Below, in pieces: positions 7,036-15,528 of a stretch of 37,000 nucleotides of DNA. The DNA comes from a virus (taxonomy: Duplodnaviria; Caudoviricetes): IMG/VR virus record IMGVR_UViG_3300016469_000261, positions 1 through 37,000 of that record; one strand, written 5' to 3'. The notes beneath the pieces are model-generated. The model searched no databases and was not told the DNA's origin. It worked only from the letters and a program-made list of their open reading frames with translations. How positions within the stretch are numbered: the first letter of the stretch is position 1; each line of letters begins with the position of its first letter. Position numbers and translations under genes: made by a program.

Positions 7036-7291
7036 AGCAAAATTAATTTACCGAGGTCTGCAATCAGGGAAAACAAATCACCAAGCGATGGTCCTTGCTG
7101 ACCTTGCTAAAGCCTACACTACTGTTGAGATTAAAGTTGTATCTGAGGAGATGTTGCTAGCAAAGCAAGAAATCTCCAAGCTACGGGCCGTGGCTGCCGC
7201 TGCGCAGACGCTTCTCACAAGCTGCTGCGAGGCCAGTAAGGAATTACACGGGATGCTTGAATTAGAGGGAGCACTGGAGGAATTGAAATGA
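7028..7291 (+). CDS. Hypothetical early protein
   Basis: Coupled ORF; C-terminal helix similar to that of 6673..7035. Confidence 0.55.
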   Translation: MAEAKLIYRGLQSGKTNHQAMVLADLAKAYTTVEIKVVSEEMLLAKQEISKLRAVAAAAQTLLTSCCEASKELHGMLELEGALEELK

Positions 7292-7500
7292 GCGATAAAA
7301 CCAAACTACTTAAATTGCGCGATGAACTGCGACTACTTCGTGCTCAAGTAGAATCGGCGATCAAAGAGGTGACTGAAAATGACAAGCGTCAATGGTTGTC
7401 GTCATGCAAGTGTGAACAAAATGCTTTCGCCAGTGCGATATATGGTGTGGCGTGTAAACGTTTGCTGAAATGTTTAGAAAAATTAGAGGAGACCAAATGA
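7288..7500 (+). CDS. Hypothetical early protein
   Basis: ggagg RBS, ATGA coupling. Confidence 0.55.
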   Translation: MSDKTKLLKLRDELRLLRAQVESAIKEVTENDKRQWLSSCKCEQNAFASAIYGVACKRLLKCLEKLEETK

Positions 7501-7745
7501 GCGACAATATTGAATGCCCTTTTTGCGGAATAGTTTTTCAAATACATCCACACGAAGTGTCAGTTATACACCCGCCAAACGCAAGCGATGGGGTTCAATG
7601 CCCGTTATCCGTATTTATTTGTACTAAAGAACAATGGAACATGCGCCCACCCAAAAAAGAAATAGGCCACCTACCGAAGTCTACGCAAGATGAGGTTGAA
7701 TGGCTTAGGTCGATGGTGGAAAAGTTTGTGGGTGAATTTAAGTGA
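7497..7745 (+). CDS. Lar-like (restriction alleviation) zinc-finger protein
   Basis: CPFCG ... C ... WNMR resembles the Lar family pattern; ATG 7497 with a gaggag RBS. Confidence 0.5.
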   Translation: MSDNIECPFCGIVFQIHPHEVSVIHPPNASDGVQCPLSVFICTKEQWNMRPPKKEIGHLPKSTQDEVEWLRSMVEKFVGEFK

Positions 7746-7936
7746 AAAATAATAATGATGGTAGCATCACCATTTTCCCAGAATTTATAGTTAAAGGGTC
7801 GCTGCTTTCGACATGGTTAAAGACAGAAGTTCAGGATGGGGACATTATCCAAGTTATTAAAACCAGTAAAAATGCGGTGGTGTTGTTTCTGAAAAGATCA
7901 AATGCAATGTATTTAGTTTGTGGTGAAGACGAATGA
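7742..7936 (+). CDS. Hypothetical protein
   Basis: GTGA/ATGA coupling. Confidence 0.45.
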   Translation: MKNNNDGSITIFPEFIVKGSLLSTWLKTEVQDGDIIQVIKTSKNAVVLFLKRSNAMYLVCGEDE

Positions 7937-8172
7937 AATACCAACTTTTAAACGGCTGGACGCCGCACAGTGTTTTTTACGGAGCGACAAGTAGCTGGCA
8001 TAACGCCGTTCCTGGTCTATGGTATCGAATTGAGCACGGTTATGTATTGGACCTCAAACAACCGTTCAGTAAGCGGGCATATGATCGTCTACATAAATTC
8101 AGCACGAAGTTTGATAACAAACACGAAGCTCTAGCCCGCTGGCTAGTGGCGAATACAGAGGGGGATTGGTGA
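7933..8172 (+). CDS. Hypothetical protein
   Basis: ATGA coupling. Confidence 0.5.
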   Translation: MKYQLLNGWTPHSVFYGATSSWHNAVPGLWYRIEHGYVLDLKQPFSKRAYDRLHKFSTKFDNKHEALARWLVANTEGDW

Positions 8173-8363
8173 TGGAGCATACTTGCCCGCATTGTTTAGC
8201 TAAGTATTGGTCACAAGGCGGGATAGAAGTAAAAACAAAAGAAGATGCAGAGCTTATTTTAAGCTTTATCTCTTTAAGAAAATCAGAACAAGAGTTGATT
8301 TTAAATCTAGTCAGTAGGTTAAACGATGGACGATTACGACAAGAGAAAGTTAGAACGACTTGA
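8172..8363 (+). CDS. Hypothetical protein with CxxC
   Basis: TGATG overlap; CPHC. Confidence 0.45.
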   Translation: MEHTCPHCLAKYWSQGGIEVKTKEDAELILSFISLRKSEQELILNLVSRLNDGRLRQEKVRTT

Positions 8364-8574
8364 AAATTTAGAGAGAAACGTTAGGTCAGCTATTGATTAT
8401 TTTTCTCTCGCAATTAAGACAACGTGGTTTGTTGGAGCTATTGGACTTCCAACTTTAATTTTTCTCGCACCAGTGAAAGAAGAAAGAACTTTGCAGGCTG
8501 TATTGTTATTTATGGTTATCGCTTTTTTGTTTGGACTTGCGAAAGCTGATAAGGCGTTAGGAAAGCTAAAATGA
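8326..8574 (+). CDS. Small two-TM membrane protein
   Basis: Two hydrophobic helices (WFVGAIGLPTLIFL; AVLLFMVIAFLFGL). Confidence 0.6.
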   Translation: MDDYDKRKLERLENLERNVRSAIDYFSLAIKTTWFVGAIGLPTLIFLAPVKEERTLQAVLLFMVIAFLFGLAKADKALGKLK

Positions 8575-8834
8575 AGTACCGCAAAAAACCAGTAGTGATT
8601 GATGCGTGGCAATTTAATGGTGAAGACGGTATGAAATGGCCGAAGTGGATTCATGAATGGAGAACACCCGAAGGACTAGTTGCATATTTTTTAGAAGGTA
8701 AAATATGGATACCAACACTTGAGGGCATGATGACTGGTCAACCAGGTGATTGGATAATTCGCGGGATAAGAGGCGAACTTTACCCATGCAAAGACGACAT
8801 ATTCAAAGCAACTTATGAGAAGGTTGATGGGTAG
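8571..8834 (+). CDS. Conserved phage protein (KKPVVIxA / TLEG / PGDWII / YPCK family)
   Basis: MKYRKKPVVIDAWQF..IPTLEG...PGDWIIRG..GE.YPCK.DIF..TY; a widespread small phage family of uncertain function. Confidence 0.8.
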   Translation: MKYRKKPVVIDAWQFNGEDGMKWPKWIHEWRTPEGLVAYFLEGKIWIPTLEGMMTGQPGDWIIRGIRGELYPCKDDIFKATYEKVDG

Positions 8835-8969
8835 AAACCCTTCCCCGAGTTCTTGGAGGGGAAGGGCTAAGGTAAGGAATGCAGCGAAAGGGAGGTCGTG
8901 TCGATCCAAGTCTCGACAAACAGACTTCGGAAGCTTGCGTAAATAGTTTAGCCAAGTTAAATTGATTTA

Positions 8970-9173
8970 ATGAAACGAACAACACAGCCACAACAGCATA
9001 CAGGTAGACCTAAGTTAGATCCGAATGACGATACCGTCAGGGTGGGGTTCACTGTTCAGATGAAACTTTGGTCTTGGTTTATGGAACAAGCTGAGAAGCG
9101 GCAAATAGGATACTCCACACTATTCCGCGAGATGGTGGAGAAGATCAAAAATGAGCAAGAAAAAATATACTGA
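8970..9173 (+). CDS. Ribbon-helix-helix-like DNA-binding protein
   Basis: GRPK, then alternating strand VRVGFTV, helix, and A...IGYSTLFR turn-helix. Confidence 0.6.
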   Translation: MKRTTQPQQHTGRPKLDPNDDTVRVGFTVQMKLWSWFMEQAEKRQIGYSTLFREMVEKIKNEQEKIY

Positions 9174-9399
9174 TTACTTGCAAGAAGCTCCAGAGCCAAA
9201 GGAGCCTGAACCTAAGCTACCAACTAAAGAGCAAAACGAGGCTATCGCCGAGCTGTATCGCTCCGCTAAAGATATGCGTGGCCAAGACCACATGAAGCTT
9301 TGTGCGTTTTACGTCGTCAATAGAGAGCATTGCGATTGTGGTCTAAACCCACTAAGGATGGCTGTCTTATCGCTGGAGGCTACCGGGTGGACACCATAG
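9151..9399 (+). CDS. Hypothetical protein with H..C...CDCG metal-binding motif
   Basis: DHMKLC...HCDCG. Confidence 0.55.
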   Translation: MSKKKYTDYLQEAPEPKEPEPKLPTKEQNEAIAELYRSAKDMRGQDHMKLCAFYVVNREHCDCGLNPLRMAVLSLEATGWTP

Positions 9400-9671
9400 A
9401 AGACCTTCAATTGCTCTCAACCAGAAAGGCAGCAGAGCTTCTAGGCTTTACAGTCTCTTACATGAGAAAGCTAAGGTCTATCGGCAAGGGACCGCCTTTT
9501 GTTCGTCTATCCTCAAGATACGTCGCCTATAGGGTAGTTGATTTAAGAGCATGGCTACACACCCATAGTCGGTCTAAAAACGAGGACGATAGGCATGAGA
9601 GAAAAAACAGTGTCTCAGTTAATCCAAAGTGCAAAAAGACAACTAACCAAAAACAACAACCAGCATATTGA
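9387..9671 (+). CDS. AlpA/excisionase-like winged HTH protein
   Basis: LLSTRKAAELLG.TVSY.RK.R..GKGPPFVRL...VAYR..DL.AW; GTG 9387 with a ggagg RBS. Confidence 0.8.
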   Translation: MDTIEDLQLLSTRKAAELLGFTVSYMRKLRSIGKGPPFVRLSSRYVAYRVVDLRAWLHTHSRSKNEDDRHERKNSVSVNPKCKKTTNQKQQPAY

Positions 9672-9949
9672 TTTTATCGAGGGCATTCTTGGAAAACTTG
9701 CAACAAACCTTGGCATTGATCCTAGCAACAGCGTCTCTATCAATTCTTCTTTTCGATCTGAAGCAAAGAGCCAAAGAAAAAAGAGACTTAGCCTCCGCAA
9801 AGGGAGAAGCAGAAAAGGCAGCGCAAGCACTGTCAGAGCTTCACAACAAACAGATCGCACAACTTGCAGAACTGAACAGCAAAGTATCAGCACATGAAAT
9901 GCTGATTAAGGCACAGAACACTAATAATAATGTAATGAAGCGTTTTTAA
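9668..9949 (+). CDS. Membrane-anchored coiled-coil protein (start uncertain)
   Basis: Hydrophobic LALILATASLSILLF followed by a heptad-rich helix. Confidence 0.55.
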   Translation: MILSRAFLENLQQTLALILATASLSILLFDLKQRAKEKRDLASAKGEAEKAAQALSELHNKQIAQLAELNSKVSAHEMLIKAQNTNNNVMKRF

Positions 9950-9967
9950 TTTTCTAAAAAAGATTTT

Positions 9968-10351
9968 ATGAACGAAATTGCTCCAAAAAGAGGACCGGGT
10001 AGACCGAAAGGCTATCCTAAGACCGGAGGACGCAAGCCAGGGTCTGTAAACAGGAACCGTACACTGCTGATACAGGAGTTAGCAGAGCAGGGTATACAGC
10101 CTGTTTTGAGGATTTTAGAGCTACTTCCTAAAGTCAGTGAAGAAAAGCAACTTGATGTTTGGATTAAGCTGATGAGCTTTTGCTATCCACAATTTAGGCA
10201 GGTAGAGGTGTCTGGTCAAATAAACTCGGTAACGGTAACGCCTGATAATGTGGCAGACTTATGCCGATTAGCCAGAGAAGGGGTGACACAGGATGTCATT
10301 ATTGACAGCGACTCAGAAGACAGACAGCTACTATCGGACGATCCTACTTGA
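9968..10351 (+). CDS. terS: Putative terminase small subunit
   Basis: GRPKGYPKTGGRKPGSVN N-terminus, helical core, and VEVSG C-terminal strand typical of TerS-like proteins; begins the late region. Confidence 0.65.
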   Translation: MNEIAPKRGPGRPKGYPKTGGRKPGSVNRNRTLLIQELAEQGIQPVLRILELLPKVSEEKQLDVWIKLMSFCYPQFRQVEVSGQINSVTVTPDNVADLCRLAREGVTQDVIIDSDSEDRQLLSDDPT

Positions 10352-10676
10352 AGACGTGGACGCTGGGCTTGATATCACAAGCATAGCGATAGACATTTCT
10401 ACCTATGACATGGGCAGCCTACAGTTCTGTTTTTCGGGAGCAGATACCAAAAAGGGTAAATTTATTGTTGAGGTATCCAATAACGGAGTAGGATGGTGCT
10501 CTCCTTTCCCTGACTCCCTGACAAAAACAACACAGACCACCGATGGCTGTGTGTTGTATGATATGCCTAACCTGACAACTAACTGGATCAGAGCAAGGTA
10601 CACTTCGGGCACCAACTCAACCGGGCTGTTTACTGCTGTTTTGTTTGTTAAAAGGCGGAGATCTAACCACCCATGA
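10293..10676 (+). CDS. Small beta-rich putative virion protein, similar to 855..1199
   Basis: IDISTYD..SLQF.FSG....G.F.VEVSN...W...WIRARYT pattern. Confidence 0.6.
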   Translation: MSLLTATQKTDSYYRTILLEDVDAGLDITSIAIDISTYDMGSLQFCFSGADTKKGKFIVEVSNNGVGWCSPFPDSLTKTTQTTDGCVLYDMPNLTTNWIRARYTSGTNSTGLFTAVLFVKRRRSNHP

Positions 10677-11005
10677 CAGATTGCGTAGTTCAAACAACAC
10701 CGATGGAGGGTGAGTTTACAGTCACCGGCTTAAGAAACGGCGGCGCAGTAATCAAGTTGCCGCTGGTTGATACTAATTGGACGCAAGTTGATTTAACGGC
10801 AATCCCAGATATAAACGCTTGCGCGATACAAAACCAAGGCGCGGTAAATATTTTGCTTGCCTACTCTGGATCAGCGGCAACAGACGAGGCAATGATAATC
10901 TATGCAAACGGTGGCGAGCGCCAATACACCATAAAAAACACGATTACTTTATATTTACGCAGCGTGAGCGGCGCAACTAATGCCCATATAGAGCTACTTT
11001 CATGA
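10673..11005 (+). CDS. Small beta-rich putative virion protein
   Basis: ATGA coupling; IQNQG..NI.L strand pattern. Confidence 0.55.
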   Translation: MTDCVVQTTPMEGEFTVTGLRNGGAVIKLPLVDTNWTQVDLTAIPDINACAIQNQGAVNILLAYSGSAATDEAMIIYANGGERQYTIKNTITLYLRSVSGATNAHIELLS

Positions 11006-11355
11006 GCACTGGCTATATTGGGGCAACGCACCCTGGCGAAATTAAATGGCGCACAATAGAGGCGGTTATCGGCGCGAGCGCATCAGCCGATCTTGACGTA
11101 GTACCTCTTACTAATTTTAATTCCACAAAATATTACATAGAATTACGCAATGCCGGGAACACATTGTTTAAATCGTTCGAGGTGTTTTGTTTTCGTAAAG
11201 GTTCAAGCGACGTGTCCGATACTATTTTTGCGCGCATCGGCGATGCACTCGCTATAGAGGCTAACGTATATGTTTCGTCTGGTTATGTTAAACTTGAGTT
11301 AGTCAATAACGAGGCATTCCCTATTACTTGCAAGGTCACAAAACTTTTTCATTAG
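11002..11355 (+). CDS. Small beta-rich putative virion protein
   Basis: ATGA coupling; all-beta composition. Confidence 0.55.
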   Translation: MSTGYIGATHPGEIKWRTIEAVIGASASADLDVVPLTNFNSTKYYIELRNAGNTLFKSFEVFCFRKGSSDVSDTIFARIGDALAIEANVYVSSGYVKLELVNNEAFPITCKVTKLFH

Positions 11356-11364
11356 CGGTAAAAA

Positions 11365-11775
11365 ATGGCTAGAGTTTTAAATGGGATTGAAAAAGGTATC
11401 AGGCTTCACGGCGAGAATAGTGACACGTCAAATGTAGATATCCTTTTCGGAACGACGTCCCCCGGTGGCGATGCTGGAGATCAAGACGCAGCAGCACTTG
11501 GTTCTTTATATATCCGCCAAAACGGCGGAAGTTCAGCGATCTACCAAAAAATCGACACAACCAATACCGCAAGCGACTGGATCATTAACGGCGAGCCGAA
11601 AATACCCCAATATACTGAAGACCCAATTAGTCCCCAAGCCGAAGATACTTGGGTAAGAAAAACAGCCTTGCTATCTCACACGCTTTTGCAAATTGGTTTA
11701 ACAACACCCACTAACAAATACGAATTAAGATATCGAACACAAGAAAACGTCACCGTTGGCGTTATTTTGACTTAA
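11365..11775 (+). CDS. Putative fibre/decoration protein
   Basis: G..SP....A..GSLY.R..GG....Y.K...W module and a DP.SP....TWV segment typical of fibre proteins. Confidence 0.55.
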   Translation: MARVLNGIEKGIRLHGENSDTSNVDILFGTTSPGGDAGDQDAAALGSLYIRQNGGSSAIYQKIDTTNTASDWIINGEPKIPQYTEDPISPQAEDTWVRKTALLSHTLLQIGLTTPTNKYELRYRTQENVTVGVILT

Positions 11776-11785
11776 AGGTTTTAAA

Positions 11786-14779
11786 ATGGCTGACAATATT
11801 ACAGTTACACAAGGCACCGGTACTACGATGGCAACTGATGACGTGAGCGGGGTTCAATACCCGCGCGTTAAAGTGTCTATTGGAGCAGACGGTTCCGCAG
11901 TAGATGTTTCTACAGCTAACCCTATGCCGGTTTCTGTGACAAATCTTGCTGGGGTTACAAGCAATAATTGGGTGACACTACGTTCTTTTTCTATAGATAC
12001 GGTGAGCGCCGATTTTAACACTAGGCCAACAACTGGCCAATTTGTGACTATTGCAGATATTTTGCCCGGCACACAACAAATTGAAGTTGTGGCAAAAATT
12101 AAAACAACACCGTCAAGTTTATATCGTTTGTTTATTTGGATCGATGACGGCACAGAAGTTTACTGCGTATCTCCGTCAATCAATACAGCCGGGGATAATT
12201 CTTTTTCGGTTCAAGACACAAACGACATTTATGACGGCGCGGTTCCGGTTTTGATCGATCTAAAACGCTATACCCCTTCAATTAAAGTAGCTGCGAGAAT
12301 CGTTGTAGAAGCAGCAAGCGTAGTTGTTGACGTTGATGGCAATTGTTTTAACCCAAGCTTTAAAGGCGGCGAAGAAGTCTTGCTTAACACCACTGGAGTA
12401 TTGCCAAGTGGTCTTGCAGCTAACGCTGAAAATTTTGATGGAGCAACCGACAGTTTTTCCTACACAGGCGCAAATTTTACGGCAAATGAGCCGCTAAGAA
12501 TTACGCACAATAACGGAGTGGCTGGATTAATGCCGCCTCTTGGGATTGCGGCATGTATTGAAGCCAAGGATTTAGTTCTGGGTTCAAACGAGTTGGTGCT
12601 TGACGGAAGGGTACCAAACCCCTTTGTGGTTGGTGATACTGTTAGATTAAGGGCTTACGGAAACTCTGTATTGCCTACAACATCGGTTGGGGCGTTTACT
12701 CAATCAGCTACCTTTACGGTGTCTTTTTCGTCGGGCAACACAATTAAATTATCAATTGACGCAATTCAAAATTATTTACTCGTAACTCAAGGCGTAGGCA
12801 AATTTTTTATTTTTAAGTGGCCATATGATTACGTATTCATGCGCGGCACCAACCAATTGAGTAGAACGGCTGGAGGACCGGCAATCGATTTCATTGATGA
12901 ATATACAAATGTCCCAGTGACGATTACCCCAGGACAAGCGGCGCATATATCCTATCCAACAGGAACATTTACCCCGCGAAATATTGAAAATTCATGGGTG
13001 TTCACTGTTGCCGCACTGGGTACAGCTATTTCTGCGGGAGCGGTTTACCGAGTTACATCGGGGGGCGTAAACTACGATTTTACGATCGGAAACGGCGCAA
13101 GTATTGGAGATACTATCGTCCGCACAACGGCATTTACTGGGTCACCCCCTGCGACCGGAACCCTTGCCCTACAATCTGGAACAGGTCCGGCGTCAATTGC
13201 TTACACTGCAAACACTTTTGGTTTAATTGCAAACAACACTTTTCTCCATGTGATTTGGGCAGACACTTTAAATTTGTTTGTCGCGTGTGCTTCAACGGGC
13301 ACAGGCAACAGAATTATGACATCTCCGGATGGCATCACTTGGACTGCTCGGCAATCGGCGGCGGATAACACATGGGTAAGACTTGCGTGGAATGGGACAA
13401 TTTTAGTTGCAATCGCGCAATCCGGCACGGGCAACAGAGTTATGACTTCTACAAACGGCATTAACTGGACACTTAGAACATCGGCGGCGGATTTATCTTG
13501 GTCTGGAATTACGTGGTCCTCAACTTTAAATTTATTTGTTGCAGTTGCAATCACCGGAGTTGGTTCAAGGGTTATGACATCTCCAGATGGCATTACTTGG
13601 ACACTTCGCGCTGTGCCAAGTGATTTAACATGGACTGACGTTATTTGGGCCGGAGGGTCAACCAACCTATTTGTAGCAGTTGCTGCTTCTGGTTTTGATA
13701 ACCGGGTTATGACTTCTCCAGACGGCATCACATGGACGCTACGGAGTGTTCCGATTTCAGCTAACTACAGAAGTATTGCATGGTCTCCCACCTTAAATTT
13801 GTTTGTAGCAGTTGGAGACGGCGGAGTTATTATTACATCGCCAGATGCTATCACTTGGACACAGCGAACAACGCCGCTGGGCTTTAACTATACTTTTGTT
13901 ATGTGGCACGCAGGATTAAATTTATTTGTTGCTTCTGCTTCAAACGGCACAAACAACAGAATAAATACTTCACCCGACGGCATAAATTGGTCAGTTAGAA
14001 CAACGCCAATTGATCAGACATGGGTGGCTGTCGCCGAGTCGCCAAATTTAAATCGAATGGTTGTTATTAGTAGTAGTTCCATAGCAAACGCAATCATGAC
14101 GTCCGACAATTCTAGTTGGATTGCTCACGGGTATTCGGCTGGAAAAGAATTGATTCTGCAAGCTACAACGCCGCCAACAGGGGCAGTTAACTCGCAACGA
14201 TTCTTTGTAGCAGCAAGTCCAGCGCCAACCGCTTATGCGTATTCCCTTTCATTAACAAACGGGGGTCCAGCAGTTGCGTTTTCCGCTGTTGGTACGGGTG
14301 TAAATTTGGTCGATCCATTAACACCAGAAGTGTTAAACCCGGTTAATGTTATGATTGGCGTACCCGCTAATCTAACTTTCGCTCAAAATTTTGTAATCCA
14401 AAACTCTTTAACACCAATGAAACTTTCTGGTGCTGTGTTGCCTGGAGGGTATACTTCCGGGCAAACTCTTTACCCAACAAGCTCGTTATTGAGCGGTGTT
14501 CAAGTTTTATCACTCAATAAATTTACACCAACAACCTTCACGTCAGCCGGAACATCGGTAACCATGTCAAGCCCAGGCTATATTGCAAATATTGTTTTGG
14601 AAAAAACCAGGGCCTTTGTTGCGCAAAGTCCTGTGCCAAGCAATACAAATTTAAAACTTGCAAACACAGCAGGCGGTGCTGCTATTACAACAAAAGGCGG
14701 TATCGGTAGTTTTGAAATTAAGGATGTGTCGGGGACGCAAATTAAAGCGACAAGTTATGTAAAAGCTAGGGCAATTTAA
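11786..14779 (+). CDS. 997-aa adhesin/receptor-binding-like virion protein with an Asp-box beta-propeller
   Basis: MADNITVT.G.GTT.ATDDV.GVQY.RVK N-terminus; TSPDGITWT repeats; Thr/Gly/Ser-rich. Confidence 0.75.
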   Translation: MADNITVTQGTGTTMATDDVSGVQYPRVKVSIGADGSAVDVSTANPMPVSVTNLAGVTSNNWVTLRSFSIDTVSADFNTRPTTGQFVTIADILPGTQQIEVVAKIKTTPSSLYRLFIWIDDGTEVYCVSPSINTAGDNSFSVQDTNDIYDGAVPVLIDLKRYTPSIKVAARIVVEAASVVVDVDGNCFNPSFKGGEEVLLNTTGVLPSGLAANAENFDGATDSFSYTGANFTANEPLRITHNNGVAGLMPPLGIAACIEAKDLVLGSNELVLDGRVPNPFVVGDTVRLRAYGNSVLPTTSVGAFTQSATFTVSFSSGNTIKLSIDAIQNYLLVTQGVGKFFIFKWPYDYVFMRGTNQLSRTAGGPAIDFIDEYTNVPVTITPGQAAHISYPTGTFTPRNIENSWVFTVAALGTAISAGAVYRVTSGGVNYDFTIGNGASIGDTIVRTTAFTGSPPATGTLALQSGTGPASIAYTANTFGLIANNTFLHVIWADTLNLFVACASTGTGNRIMTSPDGITWTARQSAADNTWVRLAWNGTILVAIAQSGTGNRVMTSTNGINWTLRTSAADLSWSGITWSSTLNLFVAVAITGVGSRVMTSPDGITWTLRAVPSDLTWTDVIWAGGSTNLFVAVAASGFDNRVMTSPDGITWTLRSVPISANYRSIAWSPTLNLFVAVGDGGVIITSPDAITWTQRTTPLGFNYTFVMWHAGLNLFVASASNGTNNRINTSPDGINWSVRTTPIDQTWVAVAESPNLNRMVVISSSSIANAIMTSDNSSWIAHGYSAGKELILQATTPPTGAVNSQRFFVAASPAPTAYAYSLSLTNGGPAVAFSAVGTGVNLVDPLTPEVLNPVNVMIGVPANLTFAQNFVIQNSLTPMKLSGAVLPGGYTSGQTLYPTSSLLSGVQVLSLNKFTPTTFTSAGTSVTMSSPGYIANIVLEKTRAFVAQSPVPSNTNLKLANTAGGAAITTKGGIGSFEIKDVSGTQIKATSYVKARAI
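13232..14119 (+). repeat. Seven ~45-codon blades (six clear TSxDG/NG/DA-I-x-W repeats plus degenerate TSDNSSW)
   Basis: Recurring W...LNLFVAVA..G..NR(V/I)MTSPDGITWT.R, also visible in DNA (atgacatctcc.gatggcat.acttggac). Confidence 0.85.
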
Positions 14780-15528
14780 TGGCGACAGCAATTACACAAA
14801 CCCGGCAACAAAACTCAATAGTGTCCCGTGAATGGACACCTAAAAGTATATGTTCATTAGTTTGGTATGACGCCGCAGACTTAAGCACGATATCGACAAT
14901 TAATGGCAGGGTTTTTGAATGGCGCGACAAAAGCGGCAACAAAAGACATTTAAAACAATCACAAGAGACTCGAAGACCGATATTAAAATTAAATGGCTTA
15001 AACGGTTTGCCTGTTGTTGGTTTTAATCGCGGCGCAAATTCGTCTTTAAGCCATGAAAAATTTCCAACATCGACATATCGAAAAATAAATCTATACGTGG
15101 TTTTAAAATATGGCGTTTTTGGAACAGAACTAGCCGACATACAGGCGATATGTGACACAAGACACACGTCGACAGCTCAGTTTTTCATTCAGGATAGGCC
15201 AGACCTTAGAGATCGACCGCCATATCGCTATTTAACTAATAGCGTAAATACTTCCAATGGCGAAATTGGAAATGGCCAATGGATTCAGTTAACGAATATA
15301 ATAAGCACAAACATAACCGAAATGCACGTAAATGGTAGGTACAATAGCAGTAACGCGGTATTTTCTTTTCCCGTTTTCCGCCAAGAATTTGCAATTATGT
15401 CAACCTATGCACTAGGTCGAACAGTTAACGGTGATTGTGCTGAATTTATAATAACGGATAATCCAGATCCCCTAGAAAAAAATAAAATGGAACAATATTT
15501 AGCGAACAAGTGGGGGCTAAAAAAATGA
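14779..15528 (+). CDS. LamG/concanavalin-like domain virion protein
   Basis: W.P......WYDAAD..TI....V..W.DKSGN..H..Q....P...NGLP.V.F ... G...E.II....E.YL..KWG. Confidence 0.7.
   Translation: MATAITQTRQQNSIVSREWTPKSICSLVWYDAADLSTISTINGRVFEWRDKSGNKRHLKQSQETRRPILKLNGLNGLPVVGFNRGANSSLSHEKFPTSTYRKINLYVVLKYGVFGTELADIQAICDTRHTSTAQFFIQDRPDLRDRPPYRYLTNSVNTSNGEIGNGQWIQLTNIISTNITEMHVNGRYNSSNAVFSFPVFRQEFAIMSTYALGRTVNGDCAEFIITDNPDPLEKNKMEQYLANKWGLKK

Noticed and set aside
7028-7090. RGLQSGKT as a Walker A motif of a helicase
   Set aside because: The protein is only 87 aa with no Walker B; at most a fragment
7585-7610. gggttcaatgccc resembling a tRNA T-arm (similar motifs near 11850 and 18890)
   Set aside because: Inside coding regions, with no cloverleaf or acceptor stem
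8827-8946. 39-aa basic ORF MGRNPSPSSWRG...
   Set aside because: Its composition is explained by the hairpin sequence; no supporting motif
13201-13731. Minus-strand 176-aa ORF and other long antisense ORFs (e.g. 21977, 25507, 29433, 34474)
   Set aside because: Shadows of well-supported + strand genes, with no RBS or motifs
13232-14119. Tandem ~130-bp repeats as a CRISPR array or DGR template/variable repeats
   Set aside because: They are in-frame, synonymously diverged protein repeats; no cas or reverse transcriptase gene is present
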